Origin: Candidatus Nanopelagicales bacterium | GTDB lineage: Bacteria; Actinomycetota; Actinomycetes; S36-B12 | Assembly (NCBI GenBank): GCA_044345075.1 | Contig: JBIJBU010000001.1 | Span: 1-56,324 of the forward strand | Direction of reading: 5' to 3' | DNA: 56,324 nt | In this document: piece after piece, positions 26,106 through 33,730 of the stretch | How the letters are laid out: every line of letters starts with the position of its first letter | How positions within the stretch are numbered: position 1 is the stretch's first letter | Notes under the pieces: generated by a model | Databases searched by the model: none | Told to the model about the DNA's origin: nothing | Seen by the model: the letters and a program-made list of their open reading frames with translations, nothing else | Translations under genes and position numbers: made by a program

Positions 26106-27368
26106 ATGACTCCTCCGAATGCCGTTGCCGCACATGAAGGTTCCTCCGTTGCCACGGGCTCGACCGGCGGCAAGACCGGCCCGATCGGTACCCCTGACTC
26201 CACGATGACCCGCGACGAGATGGTTGCTGTTATTCGCGAGCTGGGCCCGACCTTCGACGCGCGAGCTGTCGATACCGATCTGAACGCCGAGTTCCCCTGG
26301 GGCAACTTCAATGACCTTCGTGAGCGTGGCTTCTTGGCCCTATGCGTGCCGAAGGAGTACGGCGGCATGGGTGCGAGCTACGCCGACTACATCCGCGTCT
26401 CCGAGGAAATCGGTCGTCACTGCGGCTCGACCGGCCTCACGTTCAATATGCACAATGCCACGATGCTGTGGGCTGGCCAGGTGGCTGACTTGCTCGACAT
26501 GAGCCCGGAGGAGCGCGAGACCCACGAGCGTCGGCGCGCCGAAATGTTCCGCGGGGTGGTCGAGAACGGTGAGATTCATTCGCAGCCGTTTAGCGAGGGC
26601 CTGAACCCCGGTGCACTCGCGGGCATCATGACCCGAGCGACCCCGGTCGAGGGCGGCTACCTCGTCACCGGTCGAAAGATCTTCGCCTCGCTATCCGGCG
26701 CAGCCGATCGGTACAACGTCACCTGCCAGGTCGAGGGCGAGGAATTCTTGCGCCTGCTCTCGGTTCGCTCGAAGAGCGAAGGCGTGGAGATCGTGGACGA
26801 CTGGGATCCCCTGGGCATGCGCGGCACCGTCTCGCGCACTCTGCTGCTCAAGGACGTCTTCGTCCCGGCCGATGACGAGATCATGCCCGGCGGCATGTAC
26901 GACCAGGCCGCCAAGCGCTTCCCGTATCTATTCATGTCGCTGGCGCCCTCATACCTCGGCCTGACCAAGGGAATCCTCGACTTCACCCGCAGCTACTTGC
27001 GCGGCGAGGTTGCCGGAGCAGCCAAGGGCACCGGCCGTCGCGATAACCCAATTAAGCAGTACGGGTGGGCAGAAATGAACATCAAGTACGAGCAGTCGCG
27101 CGCGATGCTTTTCAGCGTGGTCGACTCGGCCAGCCTCGACCCCGTTGAGGAGCAGATGGTGACCGCCTGGGCAGCCGTTTACACGGTCATGGAGCACGCG
27201 AACGCCGTCGCCGCCCTTGCTGTTCGGGTGTGCGGTGGCCAGGCAATGCTCAAGCATCTGCCGCTTGAGCGGATGTACCGAGACTCCCGCCTGGGATCCA
27301 CGATGTTGCCCTGGAGCGCCGAGGTCGCCCTGGAGCGCATCGGGAAATCAGGCCTGTACGACGCATAA
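26106..27368 (+). CDS. Acyl-CoA dehydrogenase-fold flavoprotein (dehydrogenase or ACAD-type monooxygenase)
   Basis: The ACAD layout is visible (GFLALCVPKEYGGMGASY, ...DPLGMRGT...). A Gly/Ser/Thr-rich N-terminal extension of about 35 aa precedes the fold. I trimmed the start to ATG 26106. Confidence 0.75.
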   Translation: MTPPNAVAAHEGSSVATGSTGGKTGPIGTPDSTMTRDEMVAVIRELGPTFDARAVDTDLNAEFPWGNFNDLRERGFLALCVPKEYGGMGASYADYIRVSEEIGRHCGSTGLTFNMHNATMLWAGQVADLLDMSPEERETHERRRAEMFRGVVENGEIHSQPFSEGLNPGALAGIMTRATPVEGGYLVTGRKIFASLSGAADRYNVTCQVEGEEFLRLLSVRSKSEGVEIVDDWDPLGMRGTVSRTLLLKDVFVPADDEIMPGGMYDQAAKRFPYLFMSLAPSYLGLTKGILDFTRSYLRGEVAGAAKGTGRRDNPIKQYGWAEMNIKYEQSRAMLFSVVDSASLDPVEEQMVTAWAAVYTVMEHANAVAALAVRVCGGQAMLKHLPLERMYRDSRLGSTMLPWSAEVALERIGKSGLYDA

Positions 27369-27400
27369 ACCTGAAGGAAGACGCGGAATCGTTACCGCGC

Positions 27401-27415
27401 CACTTTCCGAAAGTG
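27401..27415. promoter_or_regulatory. Palindrome CACTTTC-C-GAAAGTG
   Basis: I read this directly in the 129-bp spacer between the ACAD-fold gene and the permease gene. The 1-nt centre argues for a protein-binding site rather than a stable RNA hairpin. Confidence 0.35.
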
Positions 27416-27450
27416 CTTGCGCAGCGCCCCTGTTTAATCAAGTATTCGTA

Positions 27451-27472
27451 AGTCGTTCGGTTCCGTACAAGC
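27451..27472. promoter_or_regulatory. Island operator motif, site 5 (AGTCGTTCGG-TT-CCGTACAAGC)
   Basis: The left half matches 8/10 and the right half 7/10 to the consensus. It lies 26 nt upstream of the permease ATG at 27498. Confidence 0.45.
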
Positions 27473-27497
27473 TCGACCACGTCCCTCTGGAGGAGAC

Positions 27498-29039
27498 ATG
27501 TCGCAAAGGGAAAACCTCCCACAGTCAGATCAGACGCTTGGAGCCGGTGACCCGGAAACCAAGTCGACCTCGCTGAAGAAGGGCACGCTTGGCCTCCTCG
27601 GCGTCATCTTCTTCGTCATTGCTGCGGCCGCACCCGTCGCCGGCATGACGGGTGCCTTCCCGGTCGCCATCGGCATTGGAGACGGTGCGGGAGCCGCGGG
27701 CATGTTCGTCGCGGTGGGCATCGTGCTGCTGCTGTTCTCAGTCGGCTACGCGACCATGTCGCACTACGTCACCAACACCGGAGCGTTCTTTGCCTATGTC
27801 GGTCGTGGCCTGGGCATCGTCCCCGGTGTCGGCTCAGCCTTCGTATCGACCCTCGCCTACCTCACAGTCCAGTGGGGCGTTCTCGGCTTCCTGGCCGGCC
27901 AGCTCGACTTCTACATGCAGGCCAAGTTCAGCTTTGACATCGACTGGTGGATCTACGCCATCATCTTGATCGTCATCGTCTGGGTTCTCTCGGCCCTGTC
28001 GGTCGATATCGGCGCCAAGGTGCTCGGCATCTTCCTGATCATCGAGATTATCGCCCTGCTGGTGCTCGCCATCTCGATCTTGTTCCAGGGTGGCGCTGAC
28101 GGCATCGACCTGGGTGCCTCCTTCAACCCGTCGAATATCTTCGCGGGCGGTCTCACCGGTGGTGCGGGTATTGCCTTCGCCTTCGCCTTGGCCTCCTTCA
28201 TTGGCTTCGAGGCCACGGCGATCTACGGCGAGGAGTCCAAGGACCCCAAGCGCACCGTTCCTCGCGCCACTTACATCTCGGTCGTGTTCATCACGGTGCT
28301 CTTCGGCATCGTGGGCCTGGCCCTGATCAGCGGCCTCGGCGCCGAGGGTGTCTCCGACAAGGTCTTCGAAGTCACCTCAGTTGACGGTGTGCCTCTGGCT
28401 GATCCGTCGGCAGTCCTCTTCAGCCTATCGACCAGCTTCGTCGGTTCCTGGCTTACCGAGCTGTTCGCCATCATCGTGATGACCTCGCTGTTCGCCGCAA
28501 TGCTCGCCTTCCAGAACAGCGCCTCGCGCTACCTGTTCTCGATGGGTCGCGCCGGCGTGCTGTCGAAGAAGCTCGACAAGGTCAACAGCCGCCAGGCGCC
28601 GATGGTTGCCACCACCGTGGTGTCGATCCTCGCGGTGATCCTGGTGATCTTGGCCGTGATCTTCGCCTGGGATCCGATCTACCAGATCTTCTACTGGTTC
28701 GGTGCGGTCGCGGTTATCGCGATCGTCCTGACCGAGATCCTGGTCAGCCTGTCGGTCATCGTGTACTTCCGCCGCACCAAGGAAGACACTCGGGTGTGGA
28801 ACACGCTGATCGCTCCAATCCTGTCGATCATCGGCCTGGTTATCGGCGAGTACATGCTCATGAGCCGCTTCAACCTCTTCTCGGGCACTGCCTCGGGCGA
28901 GGGCGGCCCGTGGGAGATGAACACCACCGGTTGGATTCTGGTTCTCCTACCCTTCGGGATGCTCGTCGTCGGCCTCATCGTCGGCGCTGCGCGCAAGAAC
29001 AAGGAGAACTACGACGCAGTTCGCAACTTCGTCAGCTAG
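27498..29039 (+). CDS. APC superfamily amino acid/amine permease
   Basis: The 513-aa product has about 12 hydrophobic segments and the Gly-rich early helices typical of APC transporters (AAAPVAGMTGAFPVAIG). Confidence 0.8.
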   Translation: MSQRENLPQSDQTLGAGDPETKSTSLKKGTLGLLGVIFFVIAAAAPVAGMTGAFPVAIGIGDGAGAAGMFVAVGIVLLLFSVGYATMSHYVTNTGAFFAYVGRGLGIVPGVGSAFVSTLAYLTVQWGVLGFLAGQLDFYMQAKFSFDIDWWIYAIILIVIVWVLSALSVDIGAKVLGIFLIIEIIALLVLAISILFQGGADGIDLGASFNPSNIFAGGLTGGAGIAFAFALASFIGFEATAIYGEESKDPKRTVPRATYISVVFITVLFGIVGLALISGLGAEGVSDKVFEVTSVDGVPLADPSAVLFSLSTSFVGSWLTELFAIIVMTSLFAAMLAFQNSASRYLFSMGRAGVLSKKLDKVNSRQAPMVATTVVSILAVILVILAVIFAWDPIYQIFYWFGAVAVIAIVLTEILVSLSVIVYFRRTKEDTRVWNTLIAPILSIIGLVIGEYMLMSRFNLFSGTASGEGGPWEMNTTGWILVLLPFGMLVVGLIVGAARKNKENYDAVRNFVS

Positions 29040-29048
29040 TCCTGCGAA

Positions 29049-29076
29049 GGGGGATGGGCCGATTGGTCCATCCCTC
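29049..29076 (+). terminator. Intrinsic terminator-like hairpin after the permease gene
   Basis: GGGGGATGGGCC-GATT-GGTCCATCCCTC forms a 12-bp stem (two G-U pairs) with a 4-nt loop. It is followed by the T-rich tract TTCTCATTTCC. Confidence 0.6.
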
Positions 29077-29097
29077 TTCTCATTTCCGAAAACAGTG

Positions 29098-29111
29098 ATT
29101 CACTGGTGAAT
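29098..29111. promoter_or_regulatory. Perfect palindrome ATTCAC-TG-GTGAAT
   Basis: I read this directly, 16 nt upstream of the CoA-ligase ATG at 29127. It shares the GTGA(A/T)T core with the 15868-15891 tandem repeat. Confidence 0.45.
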
Positions 29112-29126
29112 GGGGCGGGAGGAACC

Positions 29127-30725
29127 ATGCGTAGTAGCCATATCGATACTTTTGCCGCGGACAACCTGCCTCCCGAGAACGAATGGCCTGATCTCATCGG
29201 CCTCGACTCCTTCAGCTACCCCGAACGGCTCAACGCTGCCGTCGAACTGCTTGAGGGAACGATCGCCCGTCATGGCGCGCAGCGCACCGCGATTGCGGGG
29301 GCCAATACTTCGTGGACTTACGGCGAGGTTCTCGATCTTGTCTCACGTTGCGCCAATGTGCTGATCGACGCGGACGTGCGTCCTGGTAATCGGGTGCTGC
29401 TTCGCGGTCCGAATAATCCCTGGCTCGCGATCTCCTGGCTGGCCGTTCTCCGTGTCGGTGGCGTAGTAGTCACCACGATGCCAATGCTGCGAGCGGGCGA
29501 ACTCGAGAAGGTCGTCGACATTGCGCAGGTGCAATTCGCAATCGTCGATCATCGCTACCTCGAAGAGTGGGACGCCGTCATCAACTTCCGCGGCACCACT
29601 ATTGCCTACGGAGGCGACTCCCACGAAGACCTGACCGCGCTGTGCGCGAAGGCACTGCCGGCGAGTCATGCATGCGATACCCATGCGGAGGATGTCGCAC
29701 TGCTTGCCTTCACATCCGGCACTACCGGCGGCCCAAAGTCGACGATGCACTTCCACCGCGACATCCTGCTGATCGCCGACACGTACTCCGCACACATCCT
29801 GGCTCCCACACCCGCGGACGTCTTCGCCGGTTCGCCGCCCATCGCCTTCACCTTCGGCCTTGGCGGACTGGTCATTTTCCCGCTGCGGGCAGGTGCCTCC
29901 ACCGTGCTATTGGAAGCTGCGTCACCGCCGGTGCTGCTGGAGGAGATCCTGCGCCACGGCATCACGTGCCTGTTCACTGCTCCCACCGCGTATCGCGCGA
30001 TGCTGGCGAATATGCCCGATGGCGGGCTACCGTCGCTGCGACGCTGTATCTCTGCAGGTGAGCACCTGCCCGAGGCGACGTGGTTGGCTTGGCGCGATGC
30101 CACTGGCCTGGAGCTCATCGACGGCATCGGGGCAACAGAGATGCTTCACATTTTCATCTCCGCACGCGTCGATGACATGGTGCCGGGTGCGACAGGCAAG
30201 CCCGTGCCTGGTTTCATCGCGCAGGTGGTCGACGAGAATCTTGAGCCGGTGCCCAACGGAACTCCGGGCCGCCTCGCGGTGAAAGGCCCTCTGGGTTGCC
30301 GCTACCTTGCCGACAAGCGCCAAGGTGTCTACGTGCAAGGCGGCTGGAACGTCACCGGTGACATCTTCGTGATCGACGAGGCTGGTCACTTCCATTACGT
30401 CTCGCGCTCCGACGACATGATCGTGTCGAGCGGCTACAACATCGCCGCACCCGAGGTCGAGAACGCACTCATGCTGCACCCGAGCGTCGCCGAGACCGCA
30501 GTAGTCGGCGCACCGGATGCGGATCGGGGCGTCATCGTGAAGGCCTTCGTCGTGCCCGCCGCAGGATTCGAGCCCGGGACTGCTCTCGCGAAGGAACTCC
30601 AGGATCACGTGAAGGCGACTATCGCCCCGTACAAGTACCCGCGCTCGATTGAATTCGTTGCCGAGTTGCCCCGTACCGCCACCGGAAAGCTGCAGCGCTT
30701 TCGGCTTAAGCAGGGCGATATCTGA
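29127..30725 (+). CDS. AMP-dependent aryl-CoA ligase (benzoate/2-aminobenzoate-CoA ligase-like)
   Basis: The AMP motif is FTSGTTGGPKS. The N-terminus, HIDTFAADNLPPENEWPDL...YPERLNAAVELLE, is typical of the benzoate/anthranilate-CoA ligase subgroup. The C-terminus is PRTATGKLQRF. A GGGAGGA RBS precedes ATG 29127. Confidence 0.8.
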   Translation: MRSSHIDTFAADNLPPENEWPDLIGLDSFSYPERLNAAVELLEGTIARHGAQRTAIAGANTSWTYGEVLDLVSRCANVLIDADVRPGNRVLLRGPNNPWLAISWLAVLRVGGVVVTTMPMLRAGELEKVVDIAQVQFAIVDHRYLEEWDAVINFRGTTIAYGGDSHEDLTALCAKALPASHACDTHAEDVALLAFTSGTTGGPKSTMHFHRDILLIADTYSAHILAPTPADVFAGSPPIAFTFGLGGLVIFPLRAGASTVLLEAASPPVLLEEILRHGITCLFTAPTAYRAMLANMPDGGLPSLRRCISAGEHLPEATWLAWRDATGLELIDGIGATEMLHIFISARVDDMVPGATGKPVPGFIAQVVDENLEPVPNGTPGRLAVKGPLGCRYLADKRQGVYVQGGWNVTGDIFVIDEAGHFHYVSRSDDMIVSSGYNIAAPEVENALMLHPSVAETAVVGAPDADRGVIVKAFVVPAAGFEPGTALAKELQDHVKATIAPYKYPRSIEFVAELPRTATGKLQRFRLKQGDI

Positions 30726-30731
30726 TTCTGC

Positions 30732-31418
30732 TCAAGACGTAAGGGCGAGAGCGAAAGCACGTTCTACTACCTGCTCATCTGCATCCGTCTCGAGCGAAGA
30801 GGCCGGTATTCGATGCCAGAGCGCCAGGAGTATGTCGCTAGCGGAACCTCTCACCTCACCGGAGATACTCTGTCCGAGATCGAAGGTTCGACCGTCATTG
30901 AGCACTATTCGCAGGCCCTCACCAGGCACCTGCATGCGTCCGCGACCCACTTGCCTGGGGATGAAGACCTCGAACACCTCAGCGACACCGTCCGCGGCGA
31001 GCGACTCACCGATCGGCTCGAAAACTCCGAGTGCACTCCTCGCGTCCCACAAATGAACCGCAGCCTCCTGTGCTTGGCGTCGATACCAAAAGGACATCAA
31101 CTTCGGCTCAGGCCCGAAAGTCCACCTGTTGTCCTGCGGGGATGAAGATCTCAGGAGGTTGCTGAGTTCGGTCACTCCCTCATCCAGCCACTCGAGGAGG
31201 AGCGCATCATCGATGGGCGATTCGACGAGGGGTAGTGGGCCATTCGTCTCGATGCACGCCTTGGCCCAACGATGCACGGTGCCCAGATGCACGGCGAGAT
31301 CACGTAACTGCCAGCCTGGGCACGGGGGCACCTGCAGGTCGAGATCAGACGACGCCACGAGCGTGACAAATGAGCGGGCGTCGCTCTCGAATGAGTTCAG
31401 GAAGTCGCTGATGACCAC
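30732..31418 (-). CDS. Mycothiol-dependent maleylpyruvate isomerase N-terminal (DinB-like) family protein
   Basis: VPPCPGWQLRDLAVHLGTVHRWA is the signature of this actinobacterial metal-binding family (TIGR03083-like). The true activity is unknown. Confidence 0.7.
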   Translation of the reverse strand: MVISDFLNSFESDARSFVTLVASSDLDLQVPPCPGWQLRDLAVHLGTVHRWAKACIETNGPLPLVESPIDDALLLEWLDEGVTELSNLLRSSSPQDNRWTFGPEPKLMSFWYRRQAQEAAVHLWDARSALGVFEPIGESLAADGVAEVFEVFIPRQVGRGRMQVPGEGLRIVLNDGRTFDLGQSISGEVRGSASDILLALWHRIPASSLETDADEQVVERAFALALTS

Positions 31419-32644
31419 GAACTGACGATAGCGGGCAGGGAGGCAATGCCATTCACGAAATTCGAATTCGTGCGCTGAACCGCACCATTGGCCTCGAAGC
31501 GGATTCCCTGCTTGATCATCTCCTCGAGCAGGATTTTGATCTCAATTCGTGCGAGCGGTGCTCCGAGGCAGTGATGCGGGCCCTTGGCCCCGAAGGAGAC
31601 CTGCGGCGGCCTGATGTCGCGGGTGATGTCGAAGTTCAGTGGGTTGGGAAACTCGGTCTCGTCGAAGTTCGCCGAGGCGTACCACATCACGACCTTGTCA
31701 TTCTCCTTGATCGGCACGCCGTGGAGCATGGTGTCCTTGGTTGCGGTGCGACGCATGTACATCACGGGCGTGGCCCAACGAATGATCTCCTCGACCGCGT
31801 TGTCGACGAGCTCGGGGCGCTCGTAGAGCAGCTCGAGTTGATCGGGATGATGAATGAAGGCGTCGATGCCATTGCTGATGGCGGTTCGAGTGGTTTCGTT
31901 GCCGGCGAATACGAGAACGTGGAACATGTTCGTGAAGTCGAAGTCGCTCAGGGGATCGCCATCGTCTTCTGCTTCGACGAGGGTGGTGACGAGATCGTCC
32001 TTCGGATTCTTGCTGCGTTCCTCGCGCATCCCCCGGCCATACTCGAAGAGAGCATGCGAGGCGGGTGAGCTGAAGGGAAGCAGTTCAAGAGGCGTGGTGT
32101 TGCCGTAGGCGTCGGGAGCGACGCCACTCGAGTCAATGAGCTCATCGGAGAGCTGCACCAGGTAATCGGTGTCTTCCTCAGGTACGCCGAGGATGTTGAC
32201 GATAACGCGAATCGGCAGTGGAGCCGAGATGGCCTGCACGATGTCGACACTGCCGGCCTCGCGGGCATCACGCAGCAACTGCGCCGCAATGTCGCGCGTG
32301 ACCTCCTCGTAGCCCTTCACCTTGCGGCCGGTGAAGGCGGGAATGCCGAGTTTGCGCAGACGTACGTGCTCGGGGGCATCGGTATCGATGATCGAGCGGC
32401 GTGCAGTCATCTGCTCTTCCGTGAGGTCAGGCAGATTCGTCATTCCGCGGGCACTCGAGTAGGTGAAGGGGTCGCGAGTGACCTCGGTGATATCGGCGTA
32501 GGTCGTCACCGCCCAGTAGGGGCGTCCTTCGTACATGCGCAGCGCCACCGGCTCGGTGCGGCGCATCTCAGCGAAGACCGCGTGCGGGATGCCGTTCGCG
32601 TATGACGCCGGGTCAGTGATGTCGATATCGAGATTTGCACTCAT
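31397..32644 (-). CDS. Cytochrome P450 monooxygenase (second copy)
   Basis: The heme loop is FGAKGPHHCLGAPLA, the I-helix is VFAGNETTR and the ExxR motif is EEIIR. Confidence 0.9.
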   Translation of the reverse strand: MSANLDIDITDPASYANGIPHAVFAEMRRTEPVALRMYEGRPYWAVTTYADITEVTRDPFTYSSARGMTNLPDLTEEQMTARRSIIDTDAPEHVRLRKLGIPAFTGRKVKGYEEVTRDIAAQLLRDAREAGSVDIVQAISAPLPIRVIVNILGVPEEDTDYLVQLSDELIDSSGVAPDAYGNTTPLELLPFSSPASHALFEYGRGMREERSKNPKDDLVTTLVEAEDDGDPLSDFDFTNMFHVLVFAGNETTRTAISNGIDAFIHHPDQLELLYERPELVDNAVEEIIRWATPVMYMRRTATKDTMLHGVPIKENDKVVMWYASANFDETEFPNPLNFDITRDIRPPQVSFGAKGPHHCLGAPLARIEIKILLEEMIKQGIRFEANGAVQRTNSNFVNGIASLPAIVSSWSSATS

Positions 32645-33642
32645 GCAGTGGCTCCGGGAACGAGCACGAAGCGACCGTTGACCTTGCCTTCGTGCAGACG
32701 ATCGTGAGCAATCTGTGCCTGCTCAAGCGCGAGCACCTCCACCTCGGAATGCAGGTCATGCTGCTGCGCGAGGGCGACGAGATCGGCCAGCTGATCACGT
32801 GAACCCCACACCGATGTCATGAAGTGCGCCTCATGGGGAACAACTCCGAAGCCGAAGGGGATCGTGCCGCCGAAGAGCCCGACGGTCACGCTGATGCCTT
32901 GGCGTGCCACGTGATCTCGGGCGGTCTGCACGGTGGCTTCTGCGCCGACGAAATCCACCACGGCCGTGAACGTGCCTTCCACTTCACCTGGGGCGACAGC
33001 CGAGTCAGCGCCGAGTCGAAGTGCGAGTTCGCGCTTCTGCGGTGAGGCATCGACGACGACGATCTCGGCCTCGGAGCGGATGCGCAGGAACTGCAGCCCG
33101 TACTGGCCGAGACCTCCGACCCCGATCACGAGTGCGCGCGGATGGGGCACTCCCTTGCTCGGCGCTGCGGCCAGGAAAGGCAGGGTGTGATCGACAGCGC
33201 GGTACGCGGTCAGGCCACCACAGGCCAGCGGTGCTGCCTTGGCGGGGTCGAGGTCGCCGATCGGTACGAGGTAGTAGTCGTCCTTGATCCAGATTCGGTC
33301 GGCATAACCGCCGGGGGTGAACAGACCGATCTCCTGGCTGTTGGGGCAGATCATTTCCTGTTGCGAGTCGCAGGCGAAGCAGCCGGGCTGGCGGCAGCCC
33401 CAGCACGCATAGACCAGGCAGTTGCCGAGGGTCGGATGCGCGACCACCACTTCATGCCCCATGGTTACGGGCATGGGAACGGGGAAGTCCCCGGCGGACA
33501 CGTGGAGGTCGGAGTGGCAGATTCCGCAGGCCAGCACGTCGAGGACGGACTGGTGGGGGCCACCGGCGGGATCGATCACCGGGTCAGGGACATCGAGTAA
33601 CTCCAGCGGGGTACCGGGCGATGTCAGGACAACGGCGCGCAT
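32641..33642 (-). CDS. Zinc-dependent alcohol dehydrogenase (MDR family)
   Basis: The catalytic zinc site is GICHSDLH, the structural zinc cluster is CWGCRQPGCFAC and the NAD fold is VIGVGGLGQYG. I trimmed the start to ATG 33642. The stop overlaps the P450 start. Confidence 0.85.
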   Translation of the reverse strand: MRAVVLTSPGTPLELLDVPDPVIDPAGGPHQSVLDVLACGICHSDLHVSAGDFPVPMPVTMGHEVVVAHPTLGNCLVYACWGCRQPGCFACDSQQEMICPNSQEIGLFTPGGYADRIWIKDDYYLVPIGDLDPAKAAPLACGGLTAYRAVDHTLPFLAAAPSKGVPHPRALVIGVGGLGQYGLQFLRIRSEAEIVVVDASPQKRELALRLGADSAVAPGEVEGTFTAVVDFVGAEATVQTARDHVARQGISVTVGLFGGTIPFGFGVVPHEAHFMTSVWGSRDQLADLVALAQQHDLHSEVEVLALEQAQIAHDRLHEGKVNGRFVLVPGATA

Positions 33643-33696
33643 CGGGCCTACTTTCTGCGATATTTCCCCATGAAGGGCCTGGTCTGAGACTACATT

Positions 33697-33708
33697 TATC
33701 AAGTATCC
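33697..33708. promoter_or_regulatory. Direct repeat TATCA-AG-TATCC (candidate GntR operator, copy A)
   Basis: It lies in the AT-rich divergent region between 33642 (-) and 33731 (+). It shares the 9-mer CATTTATCA with 38076-38084. Confidence 0.4.
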
Positions 33709-33730
33709 ATTTCACCTTTTTGGAGGATTC

